Source of the DNA: Treponemataceae bacterium
Lineage (GTDB): Bacteria > Spirochaetota > Spirochaetia > Treponematales > Rectinemataceae
Reading direction: 5' to 3'
Assembly: GCA_963677895.2 (NCBI GenBank)
Contig: CAXXGJ010000018.1
Coordinates: 288,001 to 352,000 of the forward strand
Length of the DNA: 64,000 bases
Shown here: positions 47,629-57,610 of the stretch, piece after piece
Layout of the letters: each line of letters begins with the position of its first letter
How positions within the stretch are numbered: the stretch's first letter is position 1
Made by a program: the position numbers and the translations under genes
Notes under the pieces: generated by a model
The model's input: only the letters and a program-made list of their open reading frames with translations
Databases searched by the model: none
Told to the model about the DNA's origin: nothing

Positions 47629-48896
47629 TTGAGTTTCCCCTCCCATTTGCCAGTAAGGGCAGCATTAACACATTCTTCAGTAGATCCATACCAAGCTTCT
47701 ATACCCGTGATATTTGGAAGATAATGGGCTTGTTTTGCCGAATCGGTGGCCAATACAGTACTTCCTTGAGGCTTAAATCTCCCTAAGGCAGGACAGCAAT
47801 CACGCATCAGGATGGCACCAGTATCCTCGATAATCTTCTTGAATCCATTTCTTTCAGCTAAATCTTTCAAAGACTGTGGAACAAAAACCCACAAATTGAC
47901 ACCTTTCTTAATTTTTTTACCTTGCAGAAGCTTACAGAGACTCCATACTTGCTCAATGGAATAATGGGGACACCCTAACATGATAAAATCCACGTTTCTA
48001 TTACTGCCAATAGAATTCAAAATATCATAGGCTTCTTTCTTTTCTTTCTTTCCGAAGGTAAAGACTTCACGGGGCGTTTTTCCTCCAAACGCTTCGGTCA
48101 CGGAATTCGCCTCGGCGGTAATTCCCGGGATGTGAAACATTTCAACACCACCTGAGGAGGCAGAAGCGGCGCTGAAGTGTTTAAGCATATCGCGAGTTGG
48201 AGTTTTTGTTATATTTGCAATAACGGGTACTTTATCATGTACAACCTTGCCTGCATAATAACCGAGGAGTCCCCAATCCTCTATGGTTTCTATAGGACAT
48301 TCAACGTTAATAAGGTGTGTGCCCAAGCGATTTTCGGTAATATGATATCCCCAATAAGGTATTTTGCCTGTGAGCATTGCCGATGTTGTGCTTTCACGAC
48401 CTTCGCAATTTGTCCGCGCCCCGAGTACACCATTTATGTAGGCTACTGCCGAGGACTCCATCCATGCGCAATGCTCACCTTTTACAGGTACATTGCCTAC
48501 TTGGTAGGGAGTGCAGGTACACATCAGCTGGACGCCCATCTTTGAAAGATATTTCATGTTCTCCTGATAAAGATCGTAATCCGCCTTAGTCTTTCCAGCT
48601 AATTCATAATGATCAGGGTCCATGGATGTTTCAAATTGGCAGGAAGGAACTTTAACCTTAGGGAACACTACGGTTTCATCACTGTCCATGCTAACCTGCG
48701 AAAATAAAGCATCAAAGCTTTTATACGTCTGCATCTGCTTGAGATCGGCGATCATATAGCCACCCACATTGCTGGTATCGATAAGACGCTCAGCACCAAG
48801 CGCTTCGCAATACCGAACCAGCATTTCCATGGCTTTCTGGACCGCAAGCCCTTGTTCTCCATTTAGCATTGCTTTTTCGTCATCTTGTAAAATCAT
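47625..48896 (-). CDS. Aconitase X catalytic (DUF521) subunit
   Basis: CTCTPY, WMESSA, GARTN, MFHIPGITAEA, GCPH, DCC, TDSAKQAHY. Confidence 0.92.
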   Translation of the reverse strand: MILQDDEKAMLNGEQGLAVQKAMEMLVRYCEALGAERLIDTSNVGGYMIADLKQMQTYKSFDALFSQVSMDSDETVVFPKVKVPSCQFETSMDPDHYELAGKTKADYDLYQENMKYLSKMGVQLMCTCTPYQVGNVPVKGEHCAWMESSAVAYINGVLGARTNCEGRESTTSAMLTGKIPYWGYHITENRLGTHLINVECPIETIEDWGLLGYYAGKVVHDKVPVIANITKTPTRDMLKHFSAASASSGGVEMFHIPGITAEANSVTEAFGGKTPREVFTFGKKEKKEAYDILNSIGSNRNVDFIMLGCPHYSIEQVWSLCKLLQGKKIKKGVNLWVFVPQSLKDLAERNGFKKIIEDTGAILMRDCCPALGRFKPQGSTVLATDSAKQAHYLPNITGIEAWYGSTEECVNAALTGKWEGKLN

Positions 48897-48934
48897 AGGA
48901 TCCTCCTATTACATCATTTAGTGTCATAGAAATA

Positions 48935-50230
48935 TTAATCGATATTGAAGGCAATCCGCTTTTGGAGTAATCCGATATCAATGTCATGAACACTCCCTTT
49001 CCCAGAGAGAACAAGAACATGAGCGGCTGCAGCTCCGGTTGCAACGCAAGGTCCCATTACTCTTACCGATGAGAGAGCAGCAACATCGGCATCGATACAT
49101 CTGCCACAAGCTGCATAGTTGTCTGCTTCAGGTGAAAGAAGGCTACCAAGAGGTATATAGTGGACGTGATCTTCACTAAATACTTCCCAGATATATCCTT
49201 CGCCATGATTATGCAGCTCAACCGGCCAAGCTGATCTAGCAATTGCATCATGAGGGCGTTCTCCACTTCGTACGGCTTTTAATGACAGTTGCTTGACACC
49301 ATGTATCCACCTAGTCTGTCGCACTCCAGTCTGCCCATAAATTCTTACATTCGATTCTGAAAAGTTCTTGGGATACTCTGCCTTAAGAAATTTGACAACA
49401 TTGTCTACCTGATCCTTTCCTTTTATGGAAATCATAGATGCTTCCAGAGGATCCAAAGGAGTATCAACATGAGTCATATTCCCAATTGCTATACCGCCTC
49501 GTTGTGGACAATAAAACATGAGCCCCTTTTTTCGCAACAACCTATATTTGCCAGCTGTATGTTCCATTTTATCCATCAGTTCATTTTCTTCTGGAACAGA
49601 TTCGGTAAAATTAATTCCTTCAAGCAGGAACATTTCGCTTCCATACACTGCTCCATTTTCGGGAATGTTGCAGGGCAATCCAGCAAACCAAGCAAGTGCA
49701 GCATCCCCGCTGGCATCTATAAATCCTTCAGCAGAGATGACAACTTCTCCATAACGAGTTGCTGCATGAATCTTATTGATTCTTCTACCTTCGGTATCTA
49801 CCTTATTAAGAACCGCTCCGAGTAGAACTTGTACCCCAGTTTCGACAATTTTTTTTTCCGCCCATCGCAAGAATATTGTTTCATTATAATAGGGTACACG
49901 TGTGTTTTTTACGGGATTCTCGTAGAGCCCTCCAGCTGCTTTAAGTTCGCTGAATAGCTCATCAGCAATACCATGGGTAAACTGATAACCATTCGACCCA
50001 TTCGAAAAGAAACCACAGAAACAGCCAATTACTGCATTATATGTCTGTCCGCCTAGCTGATGTGAAGAATCGAGGAGCAAAACCTTTTTATTCTGCCGCG
50101 CTGCTTCTATGGCAGCAGAGAGTCCAGATATGCCTGCACCAACAACACAAATATCTACATCAATATTCCAGCCGTCTAGCAAATCTCCTCTTCTCACAGA
50201 TCTGGTTCTTGTCATATCAATATCGCTCAT
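48935..50230 (-). CDS. FAD-dependent oxidoreductase (FAD_oxidored family)
   Basis: VVGAGISG, IDASGDA, GVRQTR, WPVELH, GRCI, RVMGPC. Confidence 0.88.
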   Translation of the reverse strand: MSDIDMTRTRSVRRGDLLDGWNIDVDICVVGAGISGLSAAIEAARQNKKVLLLDSSHQLGGQTYNAVIGCFCGFFSNGSNGYQFTHGIADELFSELKAAGGLYENPVKNTRVPYYNETIFLRWAEKKIVETGVQVLLGAVLNKVDTEGRRINKIHAATRYGEVVISAEGFIDASGDAALAWFAGLPCNIPENGAVYGSEMFLLEGINFTESVPEENELMDKMEHTAGKYRLLRKKGLMFYCPQRGGIAIGNMTHVDTPLDPLEASMISIKGKDQVDNVVKFLKAEYPKNFSESNVRIYGQTGVRQTRWIHGVKQLSLKAVRSGERPHDAIARSAWPVELHNHGEGYIWEVFSEDHVHYIPLGSLLSPEADNYAACGRCIDADVAALSSVRVMGPCVATGAAAAHVLVLSGKGSVHDIDIGLLQKRIAFNID

Positions 50231-50267
50231 TTAGCATTACAACTCCCTATAGTAGATTTTATTAAAG

Positions 50268-51626
50268 TCAATTACCGCCGAGAATGAGTCTCGGGAGGAA
50301 TTCTGATGCTTCAGGTACAAATGTAACGAGAATAAGAATCGGTAAAGCCCCGAATAGAAAGAGAGGAATGAGTGGTTTTATCATCTCATTCACGGTAACC
50401 TTGCATATTTTCCCTGTTATGAAAAGACTCATAGCCATAGGTGGAGTAATGGTCCCGATGCCAACCGCTACGAACATCATTACTCCAAGCTGTACTTGGG
50501 ATAGCCCAATCATCACTGCCGTGGGTAAAAGCAGAGGAGTAAAAAGAAGGAGAAGAATTCCCGCATCAAGGAAAAATCCAGCAGCGAAAATTATAAAATC
50601 GATGATTAGGAGAATTACTGTCCGATTCGTAGATATCGAAGTTATAAGGGTTGTCACCATTTGTGGAACATCATTTACAACTAGAATCCTCGAGAACATA
50701 AGTGTCATAGGCATCATGATGAGAATCGATCCTAAAGACGAACCAGTATCGATGAAACTTTTAAATGCCTGCTTAAACGTCATCTTTTTGAATATAAAAA
50801 TTCCGACAATTAATGCATATAAACAGCCAACTCCTCCAGCTTCAGTAGGAGTAAAAACTCCACCATAAATGCCACCCATAATGATCACCGGCATCATAAA
50901 TGCAGGAAGAACGGAACGAATGATTGATTTTGTATTCCTTTCTTTTGGCTCATTGAAGTTGGCGCTTTCCACGGTTTTCGAATTGAGCGGAGAAGCGGAT
51001 ATCGCAGCTTTACTTGTTATAGAATTTTCTGGAGGATGATACCATTTTGTATATATAACTCTATTGATTATAATATAAAGAGCAGCCCAGATAAGACCAG
51101 GGATAATTGTCGCAAGAAACAATGCTGCAACAGAAGCACTGGAAACGGTAGTATATAATATCGCATTCATATTGGGCGGTATCATGTAACCGAGAGGTCC
51201 GGCTGCAGCTATGAAGGCAGCAATGTATCTTTTATCCCAGCCAAGCTCTTCGAGGCGAGGAGCCATCATTGTACTAAGCGTAGTGACCGTCGCTGTACCT
51301 GAACCGCTCAACGCACCAAAAAAACAGGCGACAACAGGTATGGTAGCGCCCATTCCTCCCTTTACTTTCTTCAATAGAACTTCAGCAAAATCTATTAACG
51401 TTCTTGCGATTCCACTACGTTCCATCAAGGTACCGGCTGCCATGAAGAGAGGAATCGCTAGAATTCCAAAAGAATTTTGTGAATAATATGCTGTCGATAC
51501 ATAAGAACCAGTACTTGCACCGGTAATCAAGGAGAATAGAAGAGATCCTGAAAGAAAGGAGAAAGGAATACTCATGCCTAAAAAAATGAGTAAGAGAATA
51601 GTGATCGACGCTATAATTAATGCCAT
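50268..51626 (-). CDS. dctM: TRAP transporter large permease
   Basis: AIPLF, LSGSG, MIPP, FTPTEAG, TPP. Confidence 0.92.
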   Translation of the reverse strand: MALIIASITILLLIFLGMSIPFSFLSGSLLFSLITGASTGSYVSTAYYSQNSFGILAIPLFMAAGTLMERSGIARTLIDFAEVLLKKVKGGMGATIPVVACFFGALSGSGTATVTTLSTMMAPRLEELGWDKRYIAAFIAAAGPLGYMIPPNMNAILYTTVSSASVAALFLATIIPGLIWAALYIIINRVIYTKWYHPPENSITSKAAISASPLNSKTVESANFNEPKERNTKSIIRSVLPAFMMPVIIMGGIYGGVFTPTEAGGVGCLYALIVGIFIFKKMTFKQAFKSFIDTGSSLGSILIMMPMTLMFSRILVVNDVPQMVTTLITSISTNRTVILLIIDFIIFAAGFFLDAGILLLLFTPLLLPTAVMIGLSQVQLGVMMFVAVGIGTITPPMAMSLFITGKICKVTVNEMIKPLIPLFLFGALPILILVTFVPEASEFLPRLILGGN

Positions 51627-52114
51627 GCTTGTACCACCTTTATCTCTTTGAAAATTAACCGAGCATAATAAATTGCCATAACGGAAGTGCTAAAAGGAAT
51701 AACAGCTTGGAGAATCCAAAGAGGAATCGCCAAACCAGCAGTCACATCATTCATCTCAAAAGTTCCCTTCACATAGCTAAAAGCTAGATAAGCAAAAACA
51801 GATATAACGACGAAGGTTAAAAATTTTATAAATATCTTGAATATTGCTAAAGATTTTTTATTTTTTACTACCATATCCAGAAGATCAATTTTAAAATGAT
51901 CGTCATTCCTTGAAACTAAAATAGCTGCAAGCCAAACACTCTGTATCATGAGGATAACCGGAAGTTCTTCTATTCCCCCTAGGGAAATCTTTAATACATA
52001 CCTCGCAATTACCTGTAGATTAATAATAAAGGCCAGAGCAGCCATTGCAATGCCAAGTAAAATCGAAATTGTAGAATTCAACCATGAATCTATATTTAAA
52101 AAAAACTTCTTCAA
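51617..52114 (-). CDS. dctQ: TRAP transporter small permease
   Basis: QVIARY, IEEL, HFKIDL; TTG start after GGAGG. Confidence 0.85.
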   Translation of the reverse strand: MKKFFLNIDSWLNSTISILLGIAMAALAFIINLQVIARYVLKISLGGIEELPVILMIQSVWLAAILVSRNDDHFKIDLLDMVVKNKKSLAIFKIFIKFLTFVVISVFAYLAFSYVKGTFEMNDVTAGLAIPLWILQAVIPFSTSVMAIYYARLIFKEIKVVQAWH

Positions 52115-52194
52115 TCTGGGACCTCCATTCGGTAACAAATGAGACGAAGAAATTATGAAATCTCTTCGTCTCATTTTGAAAAAAGAAGAAATGG

Positions 52195-53226
52195 TTATTT
52201 AAGAGCGTTCATAACGGCATCAAATGTTTCAGCTCCAATAGCCTCACGCATTTTTGGATCAAGAGATCGTGCAAAATCAATCCATGTTTTTCTTTCTACA
52301 GCAGTAAGGTGATAGACCTCTACGCCTTTTGACTTAAGCTCGCCTTCTGCCATAGCTTTGTTGGCAATCTCTTCTTTCTTCTGAAGGTCCATGGCTTCCC
52401 ATGCACAGTCAGTTATAATATTTTTAAGATCATCTGGAATACCTTTCCAAGTTTTCTTGGAAAAGATAATATTGGCTGCCCATGTCCATTGCCAGTCTAT
52501 GTCTGAGAAATATTTTCCGACATCATAATATTTGCTGGATAGTACAGAGGTATCGGCAAATTCAAGGCCATCAACCGTCTTTGTCTGAAGTGCTGTATAT
52601 ACTTCGCTATAGGCCATTGAGGTTGCATTGCAGATGCTCTTCCAGAAAAGATTAACAACTGGATCTTCATAGATACGAACTTTTAGATCTCTGACATCGC
52701 TGACTTTGGCTACACGATGCTTGATATTGAAGAATCCGCGGAATACGGAGGCGCCCGATGCGACAAGATAAGCGTTATTCTTGTCAACCCAACTCTGAGC
52801 CAGCTTAAAAAGAGGTGCGTCTTTGCTGGCGATAAGCTTCGTCACTTCATTATAATCAGCAAAGATATAGGGGACACTGAAAGCACCGAATCGTTTATCG
52901 ACCGTAGACATAGGCTGACCGTAAAATATATCGAGTTCTCCGCGCCTTAGTTGCTCGAAAAGCTCATCGCTTGCACCTAGAACTGAACTGTAATAGGGAG
53001 AGATTTCGACCCTGCCTCCTGATTTTTCTTTGACAAGTTCAACGAACTTTTTCATTGAACTACCAAAGGCATTAAATGCAGGACGAGCAACCGGATCATT
53101 GTAAATAGTACCCATCCTAAGCTTAATTACTTTTGCTGCTGGTGCAGCAAAAATATTTGAACTAACAAACAAAATAGCTAGAACTAACGAAATAATAGCT
53201 ACTCTACCTTTTCTGACCTTTGGCAT
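52195..53226 (-). CDS. dctP: TRAP transporter substrate-binding protein
   Basis: DLKVR, EVYTALQTKTVDG; signal peptide. Confidence 0.92.
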   Translation of the reverse strand: MPKVRKGRVAIISLVLAILFVSSNIFAAPAAKVIKLRMGTIYNDPVARPAFNAFGSSMKKFVELVKEKSGGRVEISPYYSSVLGASDELFEQLRRGELDIFYGQPMSTVDKRFGAFSVPYIFADYNEVTKLIASKDAPLFKLAQSWVDKNNAYLVASGASVFRGFFNIKHRVAKVSDVRDLKVRIYEDPVVNLFWKSICNATSMAYSEVYTALQTKTVDGLEFADTSVLSSKYYDVGKYFSDIDWQWTWAANIIFSKKTWKGIPDDLKNIITDCAWEAMDLQKKEEIANKAMAEGELKSKGVEVYHLTAVERKTWIDFARSLDPKMREAIGAETFDAVMNALK

Positions 53227-53371
53227 AAGCAAAACCTCCTGAAAGATTGCATCCAACCCAAATAGGTTGGTATAAAAACTGCTATTTGACTAGAAAAAGC
53301 CTAGATTAAGCAGAACTGAACTAAATTTACCCCCTGTTTTCTGTTCTGTACAATATTATTAAAGAATGATA

Positions 53372-53390
53372 TTATTCCAAATTGGAATAA
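53372..53390. promoter_or_regulatory. LysR-type operator (T-N11-A palindrome)
   Basis: ttattccaa-a-ttggaataa between divergent dctP and lysR. Confidence 0.7.
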
Positions 53391-53429
53391 CAAAGCCTAT
53401 GAGACTCTATCTTTTACTGGAGCAATTTT

Positions 53430-54332
53430 ATGGATCTACTACAGATGAAGTGTTTTTTAGCAGTAGCTAAAAATCTGAGTTTCACGAAAGCGTCTGAATG
53501 GATGTGTATATCTCAGTCAGCAGTCAGCAAGAGAATCTCCTCGCTAGAAGAGGAACTTGGCATAATGCTGTTTCATAGGACACAACATGTTGTAACACTC
53601 ACAGCTGCGGGTTCAATATTAAAGAAATCATTTGAAGAAATTATAAAGAGTATTGATAACGCAATTGAAAGTGCTCAAAAATATGGTAAGGGATTATCAG
53701 GCGAAATTAAAGTTGGCTTTCCTGGCCTTATGGATATTAAACGGATCATACCTGATTTTTTTGAGCAGTTCTCAAAAAAATTTCCAAATATAAATATTAT
53801 TGTAGAAACAAGAGAATTTAATGAATTATGGGAAATGCTAAATAAAGAAGAACTCGATATAATATTTACTTATTCATTTGAGCAAAGAGATAATCCATTA
53901 ATTTGCCGTGTTAAGCTTTGCCGCTCCAATTCCCGTTTATACTATTCAAAAGACATTCGTGCAGTTTGCGATATTAAACAACCGCTATTCACAAACTTTA
54001 AAAATGAAAAATTAATATTACTTCATCATAAGGAATCACTCGGCGCAAGGGATTTTATCCTAAATATATATAAGAGATATAATATGGAAATTCCGCCCAT
54101 AATCGAGGTGAATACTATGGAAGCGATGTTATTTCATCTGGAAGCAGGTACAGGAATTGCCATACTCGGCAATAGTTATCGAGTAAGCTTCGGCAACAGT
54201 ATTCGATCAATTGAGCTTAAGGATATACAGTCGATGGTTGGTACAGATGCATTATGGTTTCTGAAAAATACTAATCCGTCATTGCATATCTTTGAAAAAT
54301 GCCTTAAAGAACATTTGAACAAATGCATATGA
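53430..54332 (+). CDS. LysR family regulator
   Basis: LSFTKASEWMCISQSAVSKRISSLEEELG. Confidence 0.95.
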   Translation: MDLLQMKCFLAVAKNLSFTKASEWMCISQSAVSKRISSLEEELGIMLFHRTQHVVTLTAAGSILKKSFEEIIKSIDNAIESAQKYGKGLSGEIKVGFPGLMDIKRIIPDFFEQFSKKFPNINIIVETREFNELWEMLNKEELDIIFTYSFEQRDNPLICRVKLCRSNSRLYYSKDIRAVCDIKQPLFTNFKNEKLILLHHKESLGARDFILNIYKRYNMEIPPIIEVNTMEAMLFHLEAGTGIAILGNSYRVSFGNSIRSIELKDIQSMVGTDALWFLKNTNPSLHIFEKCLKEHLNKCI

Positions 54333-54455
54333 TCAAATCTTTCCTGAGATTTAATTGTCAACTGAATATCACTGGAATTATCATCAGTAGGGGGTACGGA
54401 CAAATTCCTAGACACAAATCATCGTCAGGATGCTGCTCGTGTATTCAAAAGAATA

Positions 54456-55380
54456 GACATGTTGCGTAACTAAAAGATATGATAAAATAAATCTATGGGC
54501 ATAGAAAGTGCCTTATCAAGCAACAGGACAAGTCAAGCAACAATAGGTCTTACAAAAGAAGTTTTCGAAACATTGATCCCATATTTTGAAAAGGGACTGA
54601 AGAAAAGCATAAAGAAAAACCCTTACAGAGGTGGGCGGCCAGATATACTAAAAACATCACGAGAGAAACTGTTTTTCATACTATTCTTCTTGAAAAACTA
54701 TCCGACCTATGATGTTTTAGGCGTTCAGTTTGGGATACATAGGTCAAATGCATTTCGGAAAGTGAATCGGTACACGATAGCACTGAAGCGAGCTTTAAAA
54801 GATAGTGGGGTACTACCATCTGATTCTATAACGGACTTGAATAAAAAGTTGAAAGGCGTACGTTTGGTAATTGTTGACGGTACTGAGCAGCGTAAAAACA
54901 GGCCCAAAGACAAGGAAAAGCAGAAAGACTATTACTTTGGTAAAAAAAATGCCATATAGTAAAGCATTTATGCATTTCTGATAGAAATACTAGGATCTTA
55001 TATGCATCAAATCATTATCCTGGCAAAATACATGATAAAACGATGATTATCGAAGAGTCACGAAAGAGAAAGCTACCACAGCGAATAAAGAAATTCTTTG
55101 ATCTTGCGTTCCTTGGTATGGACTCAGGCTACGATAATGTGGTCATGCCGCGAAAGAAGCCAAAAGGAAGGGAATTGACCCTGAAGCAAAAACGTTCAAA
55201 CAGAAATATAAGTCGTATACGAGTGAGAATCGAAAACGCCTTTGCCGGGGTAAAGCGGTTACGGATAGTCTACAATGTTTCACGAACACGTCGAAACGAC
55301 TTCATTGATTTGACATTCCGTGTTGCCTGTGGACTCTGGAATTACTATTTGTCGGAAAGTTCATAGTTTCGCAACAAGTC
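54456..55380 (+). mobile_element. IS5-family (ISL2-like) insertion sequence, about 925 bp
   Basis: IRs gacatgttgcgtaact / agtttcgcaacaagtc, each flanked by TA; two-ORF transposase. Confidence 0.88.
54495..55366 (+). CDS. Transposase, two ORFs joined by -1 frameshift at A8 (54942-54949)
   Basis: ORF1 HTH (YPTYDVLGVQFG), VDGTEQ, YFGKK; -1 frame continues KCHIVK...GKIHD...DLAFLG...RVRIENAFAGVKR. Confidence 0.85.
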
Positions 55381-55445
55381 TAATATCTAAACAGGGCTAT
55401 TTGCTTTAACGATTCTATCCTATAGGCTCAGTATAGCAAAAAAAG

Positions 55446-55501
55446 TTGACAACCCATTTTTGTGTGCTATAATTTTAATTGTATTCATAAAGTGTATACA
55501 A
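55446..55501 (+). promoter_or_regulatory. Consensus promoter plus GntR operator candidate
   Basis: TTGACA-16 nt-(TGc)TATAAT followed by TGTATTCA..TGTATACA. Confidence 0.72.
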
Positions 55502-55521
55502 TTTTCCATTTCGGAGAGCTT

Positions 55522-56226
55522 ATGGAAGAGAATCAGGTTGAAAAAGCCTGCCATCTTATTTCCAATATGATCTTCAGGTACCAGCTGCCTCCCGGGTCCC
55601 GTGTCTCCGATTTCTCTCTGAGCAAGACTCTCGGAATGAGCAGGACCCCCGTCCGCCAGGCCATCATGATTCTCCTAAACCAGGGTCTTGTTATCAGCAC
55701 CGAAAAAGGTTTCAAAGTCCCCGAGATAACCCTCGAAAGCATAGATGAGCTTTACGATGCACGCGTCTGCCTAGAAATAGCCGTTCTCCGGTTCGCCATG
55801 CAAAAAGGAGTGAGCAAAAACTCTCTGAAGCAGCTCAGGAAGGAAGTGGAGCTTGAAGAGAAATGCAACAAAAGCGGGAATATGATAGACGCTCTCGCCC
55901 ACGACTTCGAATTCCACAACATCCTGGATAGCCTCTGGCGAAACCAAAGACTGGAGAACGCTTTGGGCAATCTAAAGCTCCAGATGAGAATGCTCAACGT
56001 ATTATCCCTCGCATCCCTCAATATAGATACGCCCAGGGTATATTTCTCGATATGCGATGCAATAGAGGCGGGCGATACGGAGGACGCCTGTGCTAAACTC
56101 ACCGCTTCTATCGAGTCCGGAAGGCAGCAGAAGAAGAATGCAATGGCGAATTTCGGGATCTACGGAATCCAGGGCATCTATAGCTTCATAGCAAATAGTT
56201 TTAAAGGGTCCTTAAAAACTGATTAA
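55522..56226 (+). CDS. GntR family (FCD) regulator
   Basis: LPPGSRV, LGMSRTPVRQA, DFEFH. Confidence 0.9.
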   Translation: MEENQVEKACHLISNMIFRYQLPPGSRVSDFSLSKTLGMSRTPVRQAIMILLNQGLVISTEKGFKVPEITLESIDELYDARVCLEIAVLRFAMQKGVSKNSLKQLRKEVELEEKCNKSGNMIDALAHDFEFHNILDSLWRNQRLENALGNLKLQMRMLNVLSLASLNIDTPRVYFSICDAIEAGDTEDACAKLTASIESGRQQKKNAMANFGIYGIQGIYSFIANSFKGSLKTD

Positions 56227-56250
56227 CTAATTTTCAAGGAGGAGTCTAGG

Positions 56251-57534
56251 ATGAAAAAGGTATTGGCAACATTCTTGGTTTTGTTGGTAGCTCTCGGCGC
56301 CGTTTTCGCCACTGACACGCCTAAATCAGCTGCGCCGTCCGGCAAAAGAACGCTTCGTATCTCTGCAGAATCCTGGGAAGTAAACAAAATATTCCTAGAA
56401 CACGCAGCTCAGGAGTTCGAAGCGGCCCATCCGGACGTGGACGTAGAGATCATCACTCTTGCTGATCAGACCGTACTTGCCAACTATATCATTGACTGGA
56501 CCAAGGGGCATACGGATACTGATCTCGTATTCCTGGACGGCGGCTACATGTCCAAGACCTATGCCGCGAAGGGCCTGATCAACGACTTCAACAAGGATCT
56601 CAACTTCTTTGCCGACTACCCGGCCTCTAATTTCCAGCCCGGCGTTCTTGGAACTGGCGTAATCCAGGGAGCCCAGGTATGCCTTCCTGCCATCTACGAA
56701 GTATACGGCATCTCTATAAACACTGCGATGTTCAAAGAAGCTGGCCTCGTCGACGCACGCGGAAATCCACTTCCGATAAACACTTGGGACGACTTCTATA
56801 ACTTCGCGAAGAAGCTTACAAAAAAAGACGCCAACGGCAGAGTGACCCAGGTGGGCGCCTCAATACAGTTCGGCAACAACCTCGCCGGGATCATCGGCGG
56901 AGTCATCATAGCTCAGTCTGGCCACTCTACCACAGCCGATGGCTATACCTACGACTTCAACAACGACACGTTCCGCCACGTGGTCGACCTCTGGAAGAAA
57001 GGTGTCCAAAACGGTTACATCTCCACTGCTACGTTTGTGGACAATGCGGGCGGTCGTAACGGTTTCAAGGCGGGCCAGATCGCAATGTGCTACGAAGCCG
57101 CAGGACGTTGGATGGAAGCCGTCAATACCCTCGGTGCCAAGAATATTTCCCTCATGCCAATCCCCGGTGGACAGGGAACATATTGCTTCGGCTGCCAAAT
57201 GGTGATCCCCAAGCTATCTAAAAACGCGGACCTCGCATGCCAGTTCATCAAGGAAAGCATTTTCAGCGAGTACAACCAGACGAACGCCTTCACGCAATAC
57301 GGGAAGATGTCCGTAATAAAGAAACACTTCGCACAGTCTCTTAAGCAAACCCCGCTTTGGAACAACATAGCCGATTCCATGGCCAAAGCCGTAGCAATCC
57401 CCGAATGGGAAGAGCAGGCCAAGTGGCTCAAGGGCCTCAATACGATCTTCCAACAAGGACTCGTGGATTCCAAGTCGTCGGCCGATGACATCGTGGACAA
57501 GATGGTAGCACTTTCCAATTCGCTCAAGAAATAA
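56251..57534 (+). CDS. CUT1 carbohydrate ABC substrate-binding protein
   Basis: Signal peptide; FEAAHPDVDVE, NTAMFKEAG, TWDDF, FKAGQIAM. Confidence 0.9.
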   Translation: MKKVLATFLVLLVALGAVFATDTPKSAAPSGKRTLRISAESWEVNKIFLEHAAQEFEAAHPDVDVEIITLADQTVLANYIIDWTKGHTDTDLVFLDGGYMSKTYAAKGLINDFNKDLNFFADYPASNFQPGVLGTGVIQGAQVCLPAIYEVYGISINTAMFKEAGLVDARGNPLPINTWDDFYNFAKKLTKKDANGRVTQVGASIQFGNNLAGIIGGVIIAQSGHSTTADGYTYDFNNDTFRHVVDLWKKGVQNGYISTATFVDNAGGRNGFKAGQIAMCYEAAGRWMEAVNTLGAKNISLMPIPGGQGTYCFGCQMVIPKLSKNADLACQFIKESIFSEYNQTNAFTQYGKMSVIKKHFAQSLKQTPLWNNIADSMAKAVAIPEWEEQAKWLKGLNTIFQQGLVDSKSSADDIVDKMVALSNSLKK

Positions 57535-57610
57535 TTCGCAAAGGATACGATAAGGCAGCCGGCGGGCTCGGGCCCGCCGGCTGTTGTCTTATTCGCAAGG
57601 GATATAAATT

